Assembly: GCF_009914755.1 (NCBI RefSeq)
Contig: NC_060934.1
Length of the DNA: 64,000 nt
Source of the DNA: the human T2T-CHM13v2.0 reference genome, Homo sapiens
Strand: one strand, 5' to 3'
Below the pieces are notes generated by a model. It had not been told where the DNA came from. It did no database searches and saw nothing but the letters and a program-made list of their open reading frames with translations. A program made the position numbers and the translations under genes. Below are positions 1 to 15,750 of this stretch, piece by piece (positions within the stretch are counted from its first letter, which is position 1; the number at the start of each line of letters is the position of its first letter).

Positions 1-1070
1 AAAAGATGCTACGGCCAAGGGATCCAGCCAGCTGGGCTAGAAAAGGCAGTGAGCGTACCCCAAAGCCATATGAGCAGGCAGGTGAGGGGCTGGGTGGAGG
101 CTGGTGGGCCCAGCACACCCAGGAAAGGGAAGCGCCAATGGGTCAGTGATGGGCCCCGCCAGGCTGGAAAGCAGCACAAGGAACACTCAGATGAGAGCAA
201 GGTTGGAATGAACTATGCAGGGGACGACAGGCCAGCCACGGGGTCCCCAAGGAAGCCTGCGACCTGGAGGACATTCTTCTCCCATGCAACTGAGTTTAAA
301 ACCTGGATCCACCATGCACAGGACAAGTCACTCAAGCCCTCTGTTCAGCTCTCTTTCATTCCACACAAAATATGAAGAGAAGTCTCAAAGTCACTAGCAT
401 CGTGCCTGTAAATGAAGAGGTTCCCCTTTCTGGCCTGCCAAGATGGTCTAGCATGCCTGCTCACTTCGAGGATTTCTCCAGGATCAACTCCTCTGAAAAA
501 GATCCCCTATTGGACTCTCCATGAACCTCTTGATATTACATAGCCATAGTATGTAGGCTGGTGAACATGATAACCTCCCTCCCCACACATAAACACACAC
601 ACACACACATGCAAACCACACATACATATGTGCATGCCTATGAAGTCCTTAAACTCAGGGACTATGCCTATTTGTTTCTCTATTGATAAATGTGATATCT
701 AGTGTGTGGCAGAGCTCACAACCGTGTACTAAATGAGCACATACTTCCTTCTAAAATTCTGGTCGTGTCCCCCTCATCAGTTGCAGTCTTTGCAGGGCTT
801 GGAAAGCACTGCTCCTTCAGGAGAGGGCTTTGTCCTCGTGCCCCCTCCCCCAGGGTCATGTCCTGAGTGTGTGAGCCTACTCAGAGGACTGGCCCACACT
901 AAATCCATGGGCAGGACCCATGTGGGCAGCTGTGGGAAGCCACATGGTTTTATTCCTCTCATCATTCGAAAATAGAGGCAGCTTAATGGAAAAAAAAAAA
1001 TCCTACAGAATTTAAGATCCTTATTTTTAATAAAAGCATCTGCTCTCAATTCCAAGCGAAGACATATCAT

Positions 1071-1379
<309 letters not shown>

Positions 1380-2299
1380 TCAGCAATATCATAGCTTCTG
1401 GCCACGCTGACCTGGTCCACAGAGGAGAAGGTAAAAGATCTGAGTCAGATCCTTGTGTGAACCTGCGTAAGGAAAACACTAATTTATGTAACAAAATGAC
1501 ATGAAATATTAGGTTTCAAATTCTATTAAACCACCAAGGAAATGCACAAAAACCCCTGGTGGGCGTCATTTGGAAGACAAAATTGTATCTCTGGATGAAA
1601 AAGATATTTGACTTCGTTATAAATTCCAAAAAATCAGCAAGTCATAGAACACCACAATTCAGTATTATCCTAACCACAACTTGGGACAGTCTAAGACGGT
1701 GGCTGCAAACCACAAAGATATGCACCATCTTAAGGAAGAAATGATTTTCTGAGAACTCTAAGGAATATTGAATGGAGAAGAATTAACTGCAACACAGAAG
1801 TGTCCACTGGAGCTGGTACTTGTAGGTCTGACCATGAAATTCTGGCTAATGCTGGGAAGAAGAGAAAGTGGCAAATTCATGGGGACACAGGAGGCATTCT
1901 GCCAGAACCTTCTTGCCTGTTCTCACTGATATTCTCTGCCCTAAAGACCACGGTTTCACAACCTTTTTTTCTCTCATTATCATGCCCCTAAGAAGCCCTT
2001 TTAGATATTTGTTCTAAACACCTCCTCCTCATGAAATTGTAAAACCACAGATATCCTTCATATCTTTTTATGTGTTATACTGACATCTGTGCTTGGCACA
2101 TTTTAAAAGCATGATTTTTTTTTCACCTCTTTGGAGGTGATATTGTCCCCACTTAGAAATACATGACCTGAATTCCAGGTCAGCCAATGCCCAAGTACTT
2201 GGACTTGTACCTGGCACCTGGGCTCAATCAAGAATCTTATGACTTGAATGAGTGAAATAACATTTACCTTTCATTAGCAGGAATGTAACACAGTGGCTC

Positions 2300-2830
2300 T
2301 GTTAAATATGCCTTGAGCCACAATATGACACATCAGTCATACTGATAGAAGAATATCCACTCAATCCTTCAGTAAATACACAGCCCAAATGCTGAGGGAA
2401 CTGGAGCGAGAAAATAATAAAGGTTCGCGTCTCCGCGTCTTCTATTCTGGGCTAGGACAGACGAATGGTCAAGTGGCAAATATGTTATCAGACAATAAAA
2501 ATGCTAAAAAGGGAAATAAATCTGCCAGGGTGGGGCTGATTTTATTTGTACACAATTCCTCAAATCCTCATGAAAAAAATGACATTTTAGCAGAGACTTA
2601 AAGGAATTGAGAGTAAACCATGCAATTATCTGAGGGAAGGGTGTTCCAGGCAGAGAGTGCCGCCTGTACAAAGGCCCCGGGCCATAAACCAACTTGGCAT
2701 CTCTGACAAAAGGGAAGGAAGCCAAGCCCACTGGAGCAGGGCCACACGAGGGATCGCAGAAGACAAAGTCAGAGACACGGAGGCAGAGTTTCCGTGGGTG
2801 GATTCATTAACCAGGTGCACTGCAAGACAT
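2300..2830. mobile_element. Degenerate L2-like fragment
   Basis: The stretch tgagggaagggtgttccaggcagagagtgcc...tacaaaggccc resembles the L2 consensus. Confidence 0.5.
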
Positions 2831-3356
2831 CTTTAAACTATGTCCCTCAGAACTTCTAGGCAAAGCAGTCAACATGCAAACAAAAAACGTAAGTCCGCTG
2901 GCAAGGAAGTCACTAAACCAAAATCATCAAGTTCGCAGTACTCCTGGGGTAAAAATACAGAGCTAGGAACTGTGCACATGTCTTTCTTCAAATCTTAGCA
3001 GCAATTAATTCCCCGGCGTTCTGCAAAAGCATTACTTTTGCTCATTCAGGAGAAAGAAATCCAAAGTTTAAAACTGAATACTGTCACAGAGCTGCAAACA
3101 CAAGGTCCCTGAGAAAGCCAACCAGCCTATCTCAAACTGGATGGGACACAAGTCTGTTCTTAATTTGACCTAGATCTTGGGGAAAACAAACGTCCTTCAC
3201 GTACAAAGGTACACTTATTTCCGGATGTCTTAAGAAATTCCCAGAGTCACAGGTATCAGTTATGGTATATCAGGAAGTTTCATTTTGTTTATTGCTGGAT
3301 TTTGTAAAATCTTTTTGTAGCATGTAAGCTACAGGAATTAAACTAGGTGCTACCAA

Positions 3357-3832
3357 AGAGAGAGACAGAGAGAGAGAGAGAGACAGAGAGAGACAAAGAC
3401 TGAGAGACTGAGAGACAGAGATAGACTGAAAGAGACAGAGAGAGAGGAAGATAGAGAGACAGAGAGAGAGAGACAGAGAGAGACACAGAGAGAGAGAGAG
3501 GGAGAGACAGACAGACAGAGACTGAGAGAGAGACAGAGAGAGACAGAGAGGAAGACAGAGAGACAGAGAGAGACACAGAGGGAGACAGAGAGGGAGAGAG
3601 ACAGAGAGACAGAGAGAGACTAAGAGAGAGAGACAGAGAGACTGAGAGAGACACAGAGACTGAGAGAGACAGAGAGAGATGAAGACAGAGAGACACAGAG
3701 AGAGAGACAGAGAGGGAGACAGAGAAGGAGAGAGACAGAAAGAGAAAGAGAGAGACAAAGACAGACAGAGACAGAGAGAGAGACATAGAGACAGAGAGAG
3801 ACAGAGACAGAGAGAGAGAGACAGACAGAGAA
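3357..3832 (+). repeat. ~475-bp (GA/GACA)n purine-rich compound microsatellite
   Basis: Continuous gagagagacagagag... tract. It is the source of the Leu/Ser/Cys and Arg/Glu pseudo-ORFs. Confidence 0.97.
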
Positions 3833-4915
3833 AGTCAAAGCTTGACAACGCCAACTTGGCCAGATGCATGGCTCATTACTTTAATACACTGTCATACATG
3901 CGAAGTGATTTAAATTCACTCAAGTTGCTTCCCTTTCCCATCAAACGAGACGCCTGAGTGTGCAGCTGCTGACTCTTAACAATTAATTAATGACTCACTT
4001 TTATCTAGTTCTTCCTCAAAGTACTTCCAATCATGTGGTAAGTGTTCTCTACCATCTTGCCCCGCGGTATAAATGAAACAAGCCGGAGGGTCAGAGGGTT
4101 ACAGCCACTTGTTCTCCAATTCAGACAAGAGAACCAGGGCAGAGATGCTGATTCTCTAGGATTGGAAAAAATGAGCTTATCCTTTGAAATCTTCTTTCCT
4201 TCTATTTTTTTCCTGGAGAATCACTGGAGTATTTTCTTATGAAAGGAACCATTTCACTATAGGAAGTAAGATCAACAATTGCAGAGAACAGTAAAGTCAC
4301 ACCTGCTGAGAGCCAATATATGGAATTCCTTTTCATTCTTACCACCATTCTGGGAGGTTAAGTAATAGGAAGCACTTTTCATTTTTCAGATGAAGAAAGT
4401 AAAGTTTAAAGAGTCTAACCTCAGTGTTTTGCGGGCTGACATGGAGATTCAAGGCCCAGGGTCTTTCAGACCCTCCATGACCCACATCCTCCACTATTCA
4501 AGGCCAATTCCAAATGCCATTTTTCACTGGGAGATTAAAATTACTGACTCTGTAGCTCTAAACTGCCTGTTAAGAGAGAGCAACTCCCATCCAAGCGCAT
4601 AAGGGCCTGCCAACGGCCCAGTTCCTCCACTGCTCGGAATAGTAAAGATAATTAAATAAATCGTCTAAAAAAAACACTCCTGTTAAAATTTCAGTGGCTG
4701 CTTTTCTCCATGTTGAGTTCCCTCAGGACCCAGCATGTGTTATTTTTAATTAATAATGACATGGTTTATTACAGGATTCCTCCTATATAAAACAAATTAA
4801 CAATCTTTCTGCAAGGGAAGAGGAGGAAGGCTCTCAGTTAAAAAAGAAAAGGTGGATCTCTTCTTTGAAAAGGAGAGGGTAACCCTAAGTTTCACTGAGG
4901 CATTTATGAGCATCC

Positions 4916-5213
4916 TTTTTTTTTTTTTTTTTTGAGACAGAGTCTCACTCTGTTGCCCAGGCTGGAGTGCAGTGGCACAATCTCGGCTCACGGCAAGCTC
5001 CGCCTCCCGGGTTCATGCCATTCTCCTGCCTCAGCCTCCTGAGTAGCTGGGACTACAGGCGCCCGCCAACACGCCCGGCTAATTTTTTGTGTTCTTAGTA
5101 GAGATGGGGTTTCACTGTGTTAGCCAGGATGGTCTCGATCTCCTGACCTTGTGATCTGCCCTCCTCAGCCTCCCAAAGTGCTGGGATTACAGGCGTGAGC
5201 CACCGTGCCCGGC
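4916..5213 (-). mobile_element. AluY with TSD
   Basis: AluY-type motifs are present (gcaagctccgcctcccgggttca, gttagccaggatggtctcgatctc). TSD atttatgagcatc at 4902-4914 and 5214-5226. Confidence 0.95.
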
Positions 5214-5755
5214 ATTTATGAGCATCTTAACAGTGATTCAGGGTAAAATAACGTCAGGGATAAAATATCCCATCTTAAGGTGCACAATGTAGGTACTCAC
5301 CAAATCATTAAGAAAACTGACACACTGATATGGTCTCTTCTCCCTTTGAATTCTTTAACACGAGAGTTTGTATATTTCTTAGTATAGTCAAAATGTCCCA
5401 TTAATACCTCCATATTTTGTAACTCTCCCTTGTCCATTTCCAAGCATATAGCTTTAAGCTATGAACTACTTGAAGGCAGGGGTTTATTACTCACCTGGGA
5501 TGCTTGTCAGCACTCAGCACTGAGTCCATCCATTAAAATATAATTTCTTACATTTGCAATGCATTTGTTAGAAAATGCAAACTGAAATCATAATAATTTC
5601 AATTCCTCCATTAATAAGTTTTATGCAACTCCAATCAAAATTCCATTGGAGGTTTTTTTAGGGAACTTGACAAATTTGACCTCTAAATGTATGCAGAATG
5701 TCATAAAATGACAAATAGGACCAGCACTTCCCAAACTTTTTCACATCACGGTACA

Positions 5756-6119
5756 TGATATTGTTTGGCTCTGTGTCCCCACTCAAATCTCACCTTGAAT
5801 TGTAAATAATTCCCACGTGTCCCATGGGAGGGACCCACTAGGGGGGAATTGAATCATGGGGGTGGGTTTTTCCTATTCTGTTCTACTGATGGTGAATGAG
5901 TCTCACTAAATCTGATGGTTTTATACATGGGAGTTCCCATGCACAAGCTCTCTTGCCTGCCACCATGTAAGATGTGCCTTTGCTCCTCCTTCACCTTCTG
6001 CCATGATTGTGAGGCCTCCCCAGCCATGTGAAACTCTGAGTTCATTAAACCTCTTATTTATTTATAAATTACCCCGTCTTGGATATTTCTTCATAACAGT
6101 ATGAAAGTGGACTGACACA
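5756..6119 (+). mobile_element. THE1-family solo LTR (ERVL-MaLR)
   Basis: Runs from tgatattgtttggctctgtgtcccc through attaaacctct to gactgacaca, with a 5-bp TSD gtaca on both sides. Confidence 0.93.
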
Positions 6120-6319
6120 GTACACAAGGAAAATGATCCTGTTTGTACTCACACCTGTGATGAAAAAGGGCGCTCCCAGCTGAAACTGACTGGCCCTGAA
6201 CAATGACTGCCCTATATACAGGCATCGATTCCAGATGGATTAAAGATCTTTACTTTTTAGAAATTCTAGAAGGAATATACAAGAAAATTTTTAAGAATTT
6301 GAAATGAAAACTTATGGAA

Positions 6320-6351
6320 GACACACACACACACACACACACACATACACA
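6320..6351 (+). repeat. (CA)n microsatellite
   Basis: acacacac run. Confidence 0.95.
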
Positions 6352-6884
6352 GCACAGCACAAAAGTAAGGTCTAATAAACAGGGTATGTTGAAATGGAAG
6401 AGGGGACAGTGGGGAGGCGAATGGACAAAGGAAACCCTCATGTCTAGGAAAAGACACAAAACCATACTAGCAATCACAGAAAATGGATGAAAACCACAGA
6501 AAGACAGGATTTCACATCTAGCCCAAGGCCAAAAATGAAGCTTTGACCAGGGCATGGGAAAACTTGGATTACTGCATGCTGCTGGCTAGATGATAACCAC
6601 TGTGGAAAATGACTGTCTCATTATCATCAGAGAAATGCTCTCATTTGTAAACCAGAACATTCACCCAAGAGTATTCTTCATAGCTCTGTTTGTTAACAGT
6701 AAAAATGTGCAAAAGACAACCTAAATGTCTAACATGAAGAAAACAGAGAAGTTGTGGAATAAGCAGAGAAAGCAAATTGAAAAATTATTTATATTGATAC
6801 CATTTATGGAAAGTCTGAAAACAGGTAAAAACAATACTAACTATGATTTATGGTGAAATATACATGCAATATAAAACATAAATG

Positions 6885-7272
<388 letters not shown>

Positions 7273-8344
7273 TTACATGGGGTTTCAACTATAGTGGTTT
7301 TTTCAATCTGAAGTATGTTGAAATGTTAGAATTTGATAAAGCCCCACAGGTGCTGTGCAGATTTTTTTAATTTTAACCTCTGTACTTTTTCTTTAGGTTT
7401 GATATGTCCAAAAATAAAGTTTGTTTCAACATCTTTAAGAAAAGAAAGTACATATTGATAAAAAGTTCCTTGGAACAATGTATAGTACAGAGATAATCAG
7501 AAGTACAAAGAACTTTGCTTAAAAAGGTTTCTTTTTAACAAAATTTGCATTTTATATTATGTAATATTAGGGAAATGATACAGATGATAGAGTTATAGAG
7601 ACAGAGACATAGGCAGAGACAGAGATATATCCCAAAGACCCTCAAGTTACAACCATCATAATACATACATAAAATGGAATTCTATATGGCTATTTAAAAT
7701 GTTATATTTCATCTGTATTTATTGCCAAAAACATCAACAAAAACTGTTATAAAGCAGTTTAGTGAATATAGTAGGACTCTATGAATGTAAAAGTACATGC
7801 CTGTGTAAATATATTGCCTATGCACACACAAAGTTGTCTAGGTAGTCCCAAAATGATTCTAGCTCTACAATAGTGAGATTTCTGAACACTTTATTTACCT
7901 TTTGTCCTTTCCTGAATCAAATGAATGTTTTGCTATAAGTGTGAATAATTACTATAATCACACACACACACATTTTTTCTAGTATGTTTGTGGGAAACCC
8001 TTCTCTCCACCGCATATTCAGCTTATGAGAAAATAAAGGTTTGCTAAACACTGCGGTTCAGCAACAATGCAACGTTGAAAAATAATGGAATAAGGAGTAA
8101 GAGGTGATGGTGCAGAGTGAAGAGCCAGAAGTAAAAAGAGAAGACGCGGAGGAGACCAGGCAGGGGAGCTCCAAAAACCAAGAGGTAGAGCCCAAACTGC
8201 AGCCGAGGATCTTGTGAACTCCACCCCAATCTGAGTTCCCTGAGTTACTCCTCATAGTCAGAGTTTACTCAAAGGCAGATATGGCTGTACTCACTTCCAC
8301 TATGGTCCCAAGGGAATGGTTGTTCTTACCAGCTAGAAGAAACT

Positions 8345-9066
<722 letters not shown>

Positions 9067-9449
9067 AATATTAAAGGTAGAGAATAAATGAAATAATAAA
9101 GCTGTACTCAGAGAAGTTTAAAATCCTTCTATTATCACAAGGTATCTGCTGTGCTGCTGCTTAGTCATCACCTCTGTGTAAGGAAGACCCATGGATGTCT
9201 TCTCAATCCAGTCAGAGCCAAGGACTTCTCTTCTTCTAAATACATATTCAGAGGTAACAAAACCTACCCTCACATATAACTATTTTAAAGTCACAAAATG
9301 CCCAATCTTGAGAGAGAAAAAATAGTGGAAAGTAATTCGTAAGAAAATAAAGCACACTTCAGTAGGTACAGGCTCAGGTACAACTCTACCAGAAGGTACA
9401 ACGTGGCGGTCAAATCTTTTATCTACTTAACAATAAATAAGTGGGGATC

Positions 9450-9645
9450 TGACAGAAGATAGTATCAGGGTGGGGATGGAAGTGGCTGCTATCGGGTAAC
9501 GGTTTACTCTTTGGGATGATGAAAATGTTCTAATGTTTTGGTGGTGGTTGCAAAACTCTGAATATACTAAAACCATTGAATTGTACACTTTAAGTGGGTG
9601 AATTGCATAGTATGTAAATTATATCTCAATAAATATGTTAAAAAT
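9450..9645 (+). mobile_element. L1M 3-prime end fragment
   Basis: gatgatgaaaatgttcta...aaaaccattgaattgtacactttaagtgggtgaattg...tatatctcaataaa. Confidence 0.8.
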
Positions 9646-10917
9646 TAAAAGAAAACAGTATTAAACTGAATATTGTTGGCATTCTTTTCTATGCAGTATT
9701 TTGAATGCAGCACAAGAATAGTCATACGTAAAATTGTCCAGTATGCAACCAGAAAAAATAAATGTACACTGATATGTATGTGTTGCCTGGATTGAAATAT
9801 CAACAGGGATATTGTAGTCCCTGATTTTCTAAGAGTAAACAACTCTTGTTAAGCTTCCAAACAAAAGAGCCATCTTCATTGGACTTACCAGGCAGCTGTA
9901 TTCTTGAAAAATTCAGACTATTTTAAAACTATACAAACCATATATAAACAACTTAGAGCTGGAATTAGGTTCCAAGCTCCATTCACTGCACACATAATTT
10001 CACCTTTGTGTCTGGCAGAACATTTCAAGATCACCAGGAACAATTATTCATTGTATGGGGCTCTTCCAGGCGCTGAGGGACATTTGACATCCTTAGCCCC
10101 TGCCCAGGAAATGCCAGCGGCACCTGCCCATCAATAACTCCCCCGCACATTCCCCAAAGCTCCTAAGCTGCAAAAGCAGACCCTGGAGATCACCAGGCCA
10201 TCTTGTTTAATAGCCTCGGCTCTGTATTCGTCTCTGAAATCAGCTTAGACAGCTACTGTTCCAAAGACCCACAACACGTCTGGCATCCCATGTAAAGATT
10301 ATCAGTAATACAAATACTAATAATAGCCATTTACATTGTCTCAAAATTAATCCTCGAAATCACACAGACTATCGAGTTACCCTTTAATTTTCTAAGTGGT
10401 GCATGGTAATTTAATTGTGCACCTCTGATTAGCCTCCGTTTTGAGCTGTGCAGTTAACTCTCTAAAAAGTTCACTGGAAAACGAAAACCTCAAATCTCTG
10501 GCTCTTTCTCATCATTTCAAGTCAAGCCTTTGTTTCCTGGTCCCAAAGCAACCGCTCTTTTGCTTCCAAAGCTGCTCTTAAAACCGAACTAGATTCCCTT
10601 TTGGTGTTCCCCTTGGGGAAAGGGGTTGCACAGTAATTTCTCCATGCAATTCTTTGGGTAATGTATTTTAGGAAAGTCACCGTAAATAAAAGACAAACAT
10701 AGGGATGTCGCCATGCCCTGCGGACTACCATGAAAAGCATCGTCTCCTCCCTGCTGTCCTTCATACGAGGGACTTTTGCCCCCAGTGCTTCCCTTCATGT
10801 CACTCTAATTTGGGCCACCAGACCACTGGGGGAAACCAGGTCTTCCTTGAAAAAAAAAAAAAAAAAAGTTCTCCCTATTCCTCTCTCGTATCCACAACAA
10901 CAACAAAATAATAAGAT

Positions 10918-12380
10918 TGTTTAATTTTTTTGTTTCTATTACACAATAAAGTTGACCTGTCTTAGGTATATAGTTTTATGAATTTTACACATGTATAGAT
11001 TTCCATTCCCACCACCACCATCAGGATACAGTTTCATCACCCCGAAAAAAAAATCCCTCCTTCTGTTTATCTTCACAGTCACATCCTTCCTCCACCTCAA
11101 CCCCCGGGGCAACTACTGATCTAAAGTTTTGCCCTGTAATCCTAGCACTTTGGGAGGCCAAGGTGGGCAGATCACTTGAGGTCAGGAGTTCAAGGCCAGC
11201 CTGGCCAACATGGTGAAACTCTGTCTCTACTAAAAATACAAAAATTAGCTGGGTGTGGTAGCGTGTGCCTGTAATCCCAGCTACTCAGGAGGCTGAGGTA
11301 GGAGAAACACTTGAAGTCAGGAGATGGAGGTTACAGTGAGCTGAGATCATGCCACTGCACTCCAGCCTGGGAGACAGAGCGAGACTCTAACTCAAAAAAA
11401 AAAAAAAAAGAACGTCATATAAATGGAATCTAACAGCATGCAACCTTTGAGACTAGTATTTTGCCCCCAGCATGATGCCTTCAAGATTATTCTCCATGGT
11501 TGTATCAATAGTTCTTTCAACTTTTTTGCTGAGCCAGTTTCATTACCTGAATGAATCTGTTTGTCATTTGTCCATTCACTGCTTAAAGACACCTGGGCTG
11601 TTTCCACTTTCTGGCAACTATGAATAGGGCTGCTATAAACATCTTACCCAGGTTTTATGTGAACGTAAGTTTTCATCTCTCAAGGTTAAATACCCAGGAG
11701 TACAATTGCTGGGTTGTATGGTGGGTGTATGTTTAAAGTTGTAAGAACTGCCAAACTGTTTTCCCAATTGGCTTTCCCATTTTGCATGGGATCACACCAC
11801 TAGCAACATACAAGAGTTCCAGTGCCTCCACATCCTTTGTCGACACTTGATATTGTCAGTTTTTTATGTTACTAATTATAATAGGTGTGTAGTAATATTG
11901 ACTGTGGCTCTAATTTGCAATTCTCTAATGCAAATAATACCGACATCTTTGCATCTGCTTATTTGCCATCTGTATATCTTCTTTGGTGAAGTGTCTTTTT
12001 AAGTCTTTTCTCCATTTGTAATTGGATTATTTTTCCTTCCTGTTGAGTTTTAAGAGTCCATTTTATTCTAGATACAACAAGAGCTTTGTCAGGTATGTGA
12101 TTTGAAAATATTTTCTCTCAGTCTGTATTTGTCCTTTGACATTTCATTCTTTTAAGTGTCCTTCACACAGGAAATTTTTCATTTTGATGAAGTCCACTTT
12201 ATCAATTTGTTGTCTGTTCTCATGTCTATGAACTCTTGCCTAATCCCAACCCACAAATCCCATGTCCTCTTCTAAACGTTTTACAGCTTTATGTTTTACA
12301 TCTAGATCTATAATCTGTTGAGTTAATTTTTATATAATGTGTTAATCCACTTTTAATTTTTGGCACATGGCTGTCCCACT
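10918..12380 (-). mobile_element. Old L1M fragment interrupted by an Alu
   Basis: Reverse L1 ORF2-end/3-prime UTR motifs (attgctgggttgtatgg, aagaactgccaaactgttttcc, tatcttctttggtgaagtgtc). Confidence 0.85.
11132..11411 (+). mobile_element. 5-prime-truncated AluS
   Basis: Starts cctgtaatcctagcactttgggagg and ends in poly(A). Confidence 0.93.
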
Positions 12381-13244
12381 GTAGGAGTCTACATAAAACA
12401 ATTTCCTCTTTGATAAAGTAAGTGCTGAAATAATAATAGTCCCAGATGGAACTCACTTTCTGAGGTCATCCTTTCTTTTATGCTTAAAATGCAAAAGTCT
12501 CTCTGTGTACAAATACATTTGTACCAAAAAAAAGTGTAAGAACAAGGTGACTAAGAAAAGCTTAAACTTGCAGCCTCTCAAGACTGGGACCCATTTCTAC
12601 TATACAGGAGCAGAAGGCTGCCTTCCCCAGTGATTTAAATCCAGGCATTACTTGTGAGATCCAAGCAGCCCATGCGGCTTGGAAAACTTGAGAGCTTGCC
12701 TTACTTCTCCCCTAAATTCCCTGCCGGCTCCTGAATTCACATGAGGCTGCCAGATATAGAACCTTCACTGCCATTGTATGAGCATGTGGCTCGTTATTTT
12801 GTAAGCAACAGATATACTGGGGTTAATAAAATCCAAAAGAACTACCTCAAATAACAGTACAATCTCAGTAGCATTTCACGGACTAAGAAATGTCATGGCT
12901 GAGGCTAAAATGACAGCGGACAGATGGAAAAGACCAACAGTGAATGATGGTGATGATGATGACAATGATGTCAATGACGCCTGGCGTGTGTTTTTACCCA
13001 AGGCTGGAAGCAGAAGGAAGAGCCTCTGTTCTGGCTCTAGGGGCCCCTTCCTGCACGGAGGTTCTCACGAGCCGAGCTTAGGTACTGGCGTCCAGTCCTC
13101 AGCAGCCATCAGCGCAGCACAGCACGGGTGCTAAAGACATCCCCACAACCACAAAAGCGGTGAGGGAACTGAGGAAATGTGTGTGGTGAGTTCTGCAAAG
13201 AGCATGAGCTGGAGGGAGAGAGGAGGTGCTGCTGCTGCTGCAGG

Positions 13245-13700
13245 TACCTCTGCTGGGTCACAAACTGCCCTAGCGCCCAGGGGCCAAAACACCATTTGCT
13301 GATGCTCACAGATTCCTCGGTTAGAAATCCAGATGGAACACAGCAAGGCAGGCTCGTCTCTGCTCCACAATAACCGGGGCCTTGGCTGGGAAGGCCGGGA
13401 CTGCTGGCCACAGCGCCTATACATGGCCTCTCCATGCAGCATGGCGGCCTCACAGCATGGAACCACATTTGTTCCCCCATGACTCAGGTGCCCAGGACAA
13501 GGGTTCCAGCAAATGAGGTGGCAGCTGTGTCACCTTCTCTCACTCAGCCTTGGAAGTCACCCGAGGTCACTCGGGCTGTCCCCTATTGGATCCAACAGTC
13601 CCAAACAAAGCCACCCAGATTCAAGGACAGAGAACATGGGTCTCACCCCTCAATGCAAGAAATGTCAAAGAATTCTAGAGTCAGATTTTAATACCATGGT
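13245..13700 (-). mobile_element. Old MLT1 (H-like) LTR
   Basis: ctcacagattcc...cagccttggaagtcac...acccagattcaagg...tgtcaaagaatt resembles reverse MLT1H. Confidence 0.65.
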
Positions 13701-15449
13701 TACAGGCCTCAGAAACCCCTGAAGAAACCCTTTGCACGATTTCTAGGAACTGATGGAGATGGTCTAAGACAACCTGTGGCCCCTGGGAACCCTTCTCGGC
13801 TGCTAAAAATCTCGGCTGCCCAAAGATTGGGTTGTAAACGTTTTTTAGAGAAGGGGGATCTCTTTATTATCCCCCTTACAACTGTGTAGCAGGCTATTTC
13901 TCAAGATTCTGTTTCTGAACAACCTGAAAGGTAAATCAATACCTTCAGCCGACTTTATAACATTTCTCATTATTTTTAAAAATAACTAGTCCAACTAGTT
14001 CCAAGGCTGCTATTTTGAGACTTCCGTTAAAATCACCTCCTAGGGTCCACCCGCGCTTCAGCACAACCCCATAACTAATCTGAATCACATCACCTGACTT
14101 CTTAGAATCAAACATTAATTAACCGCTTTCATCCCAGGTGGAGGAAGCATGTGAATTGAGTAAACCATCTCTGGTGGCCTTAGGGACATACACCACCCAC
14201 CCTGTCATCCGTTCAGCAATGCAACCTTAGCACAGGATGGCCCAGGAGCAGGTACTTGCATCACTTGGGAAGGACAAGCTTTAAATTAATAATCACCATA
14301 ATTATACAAGCAAGAAAAACTCCACCAAGCCACCTTAGCTAAAGCAGTTCCAGCTCCCTGTCTCTCTCTTTCTTCCTCTCTCTCTGCTCCTCTCTTCCTC
14401 CCATCTCTCTCTATCCCCCATCACTCCCTCTCTCTCACTTCCCATATAATATGCCCCTTCCCAAGTCAGATGTGGTTCTTTAATTTTTGCTATTATACCT
14501 CCACAAAAACCACCTCTGATCAAAATCTTTGCTGCTGTCAGGAAACAGAGGAACAAAGACAAGGTCTCTCATCTGACTTCTGATGCTTTTTCCCCTGTCT
14601 AATCCATCCCATGGTAGCGTCCTCCCTGGAAGGGGGACAGGCAGCAGTTTGCGGTCATCTTCAAGCCCAGCTACTGTCCAGCTCCAAGGCAGGTCAGGAC
14701 ACCTTGATGCAGCCAGGCCTCTGTCCCTCCCTCAATGCCTGGCCTAGCACAAGGATAGGTATTTTCTTCTTTCTTAAAAGCCTTCTCAGTTAATATTCCT
14801 CTGTGACTTCTTTGGTACTTGTATTCTGACACAAGTCCTCCAGCCTACCAAGGCTTCATTATAAACCATGTCATTGTAAAGAAGGAAAAATTACACTGTG
14901 AGTTCTAGCTCAGAATTCCCCCATAGGCTAAGACCTTCTCTCTGCCTTTCATCACTCGATGGCACACACCATTAATTCTCAACACACTGTCTAACCAGGA
15001 GTCTGTTGATGGGTAATTTTTTAATAGGGAAATCATTCTCACTATCCACTGGGACAGGAAAGCCAGGTGAAAACTGTGATCAGCACAATAATCCTGAAAG
15101 ACAACCTTTAAACATATCTATCCAATTATGCTCTTGAATCTAATGGTCTTTACCTTATAAAGACAGGATGTCAGAGTCGGAAAGTCATTTTAGTTCATTA
15201 AACCCAGGCATCTTCCCAGGAGAGGATCAGAGACTAAAAGGCATCCCCACATGCAGAACTTTTCAGAAGAGCACCTGTCTCCTGCACCCACCACTGCCGC
15301 CCTGTCCACTGTGGTGGTAAAGATCCTTCCTCTCTTCCTGCGCCCCCAACACTGAGAACTTGCAAGCTAGTCACATCCACTCAAGTCACAGATGAAGTGA
15401 CTGACACCCAGAGAAGCATGACTTGGGCTTCACATGGGACCCTGTGCGC

Positions 15450-15750
15450 ATCACTCCTGTAATCCCAGCACTTTGGGAGGCCAAGGCAGGCGGTTCACCT
15501 GAGGTCAGGAGTTCAAAATCAGCCTGGTCAACATGGTGAAACCCTGTCTCTACTGAAAAAAACAATACAAAAATTAGCCGGGCGTGGTGGTGCGCCCCTG
15601 TATTCTCAGCAACTCAGGAGGCTGAGGCATGAGAATCGCTTGAAGCTCAGAGGCAGAGGTTGCACTGAGCCGAGATCATCACACCATTGCACTACAGTCT
15701 CCTGGGCAACAGAATGAGACTCTGTCTCAAAAAAAAAAAAAAAAAAAAAA
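15450..15750 (+). mobile_element. AluS
   Basis: Dimeric Alu with A-tail. Confidence 0.93.

Noticed and set aside
3270-3957. Leu/Ser/Cys-rich and Arg/Glu-rich ORFs up to 199 aa
   Set aside because: Artefacts of the GA microsatellite.
13554-13576. DR4-like aagtca-cccg-aggtca and small hairpin cccgag-gtca-ctcggg
   Set aside because: A single imperfect motif inside an old LTR, within chance expectation.
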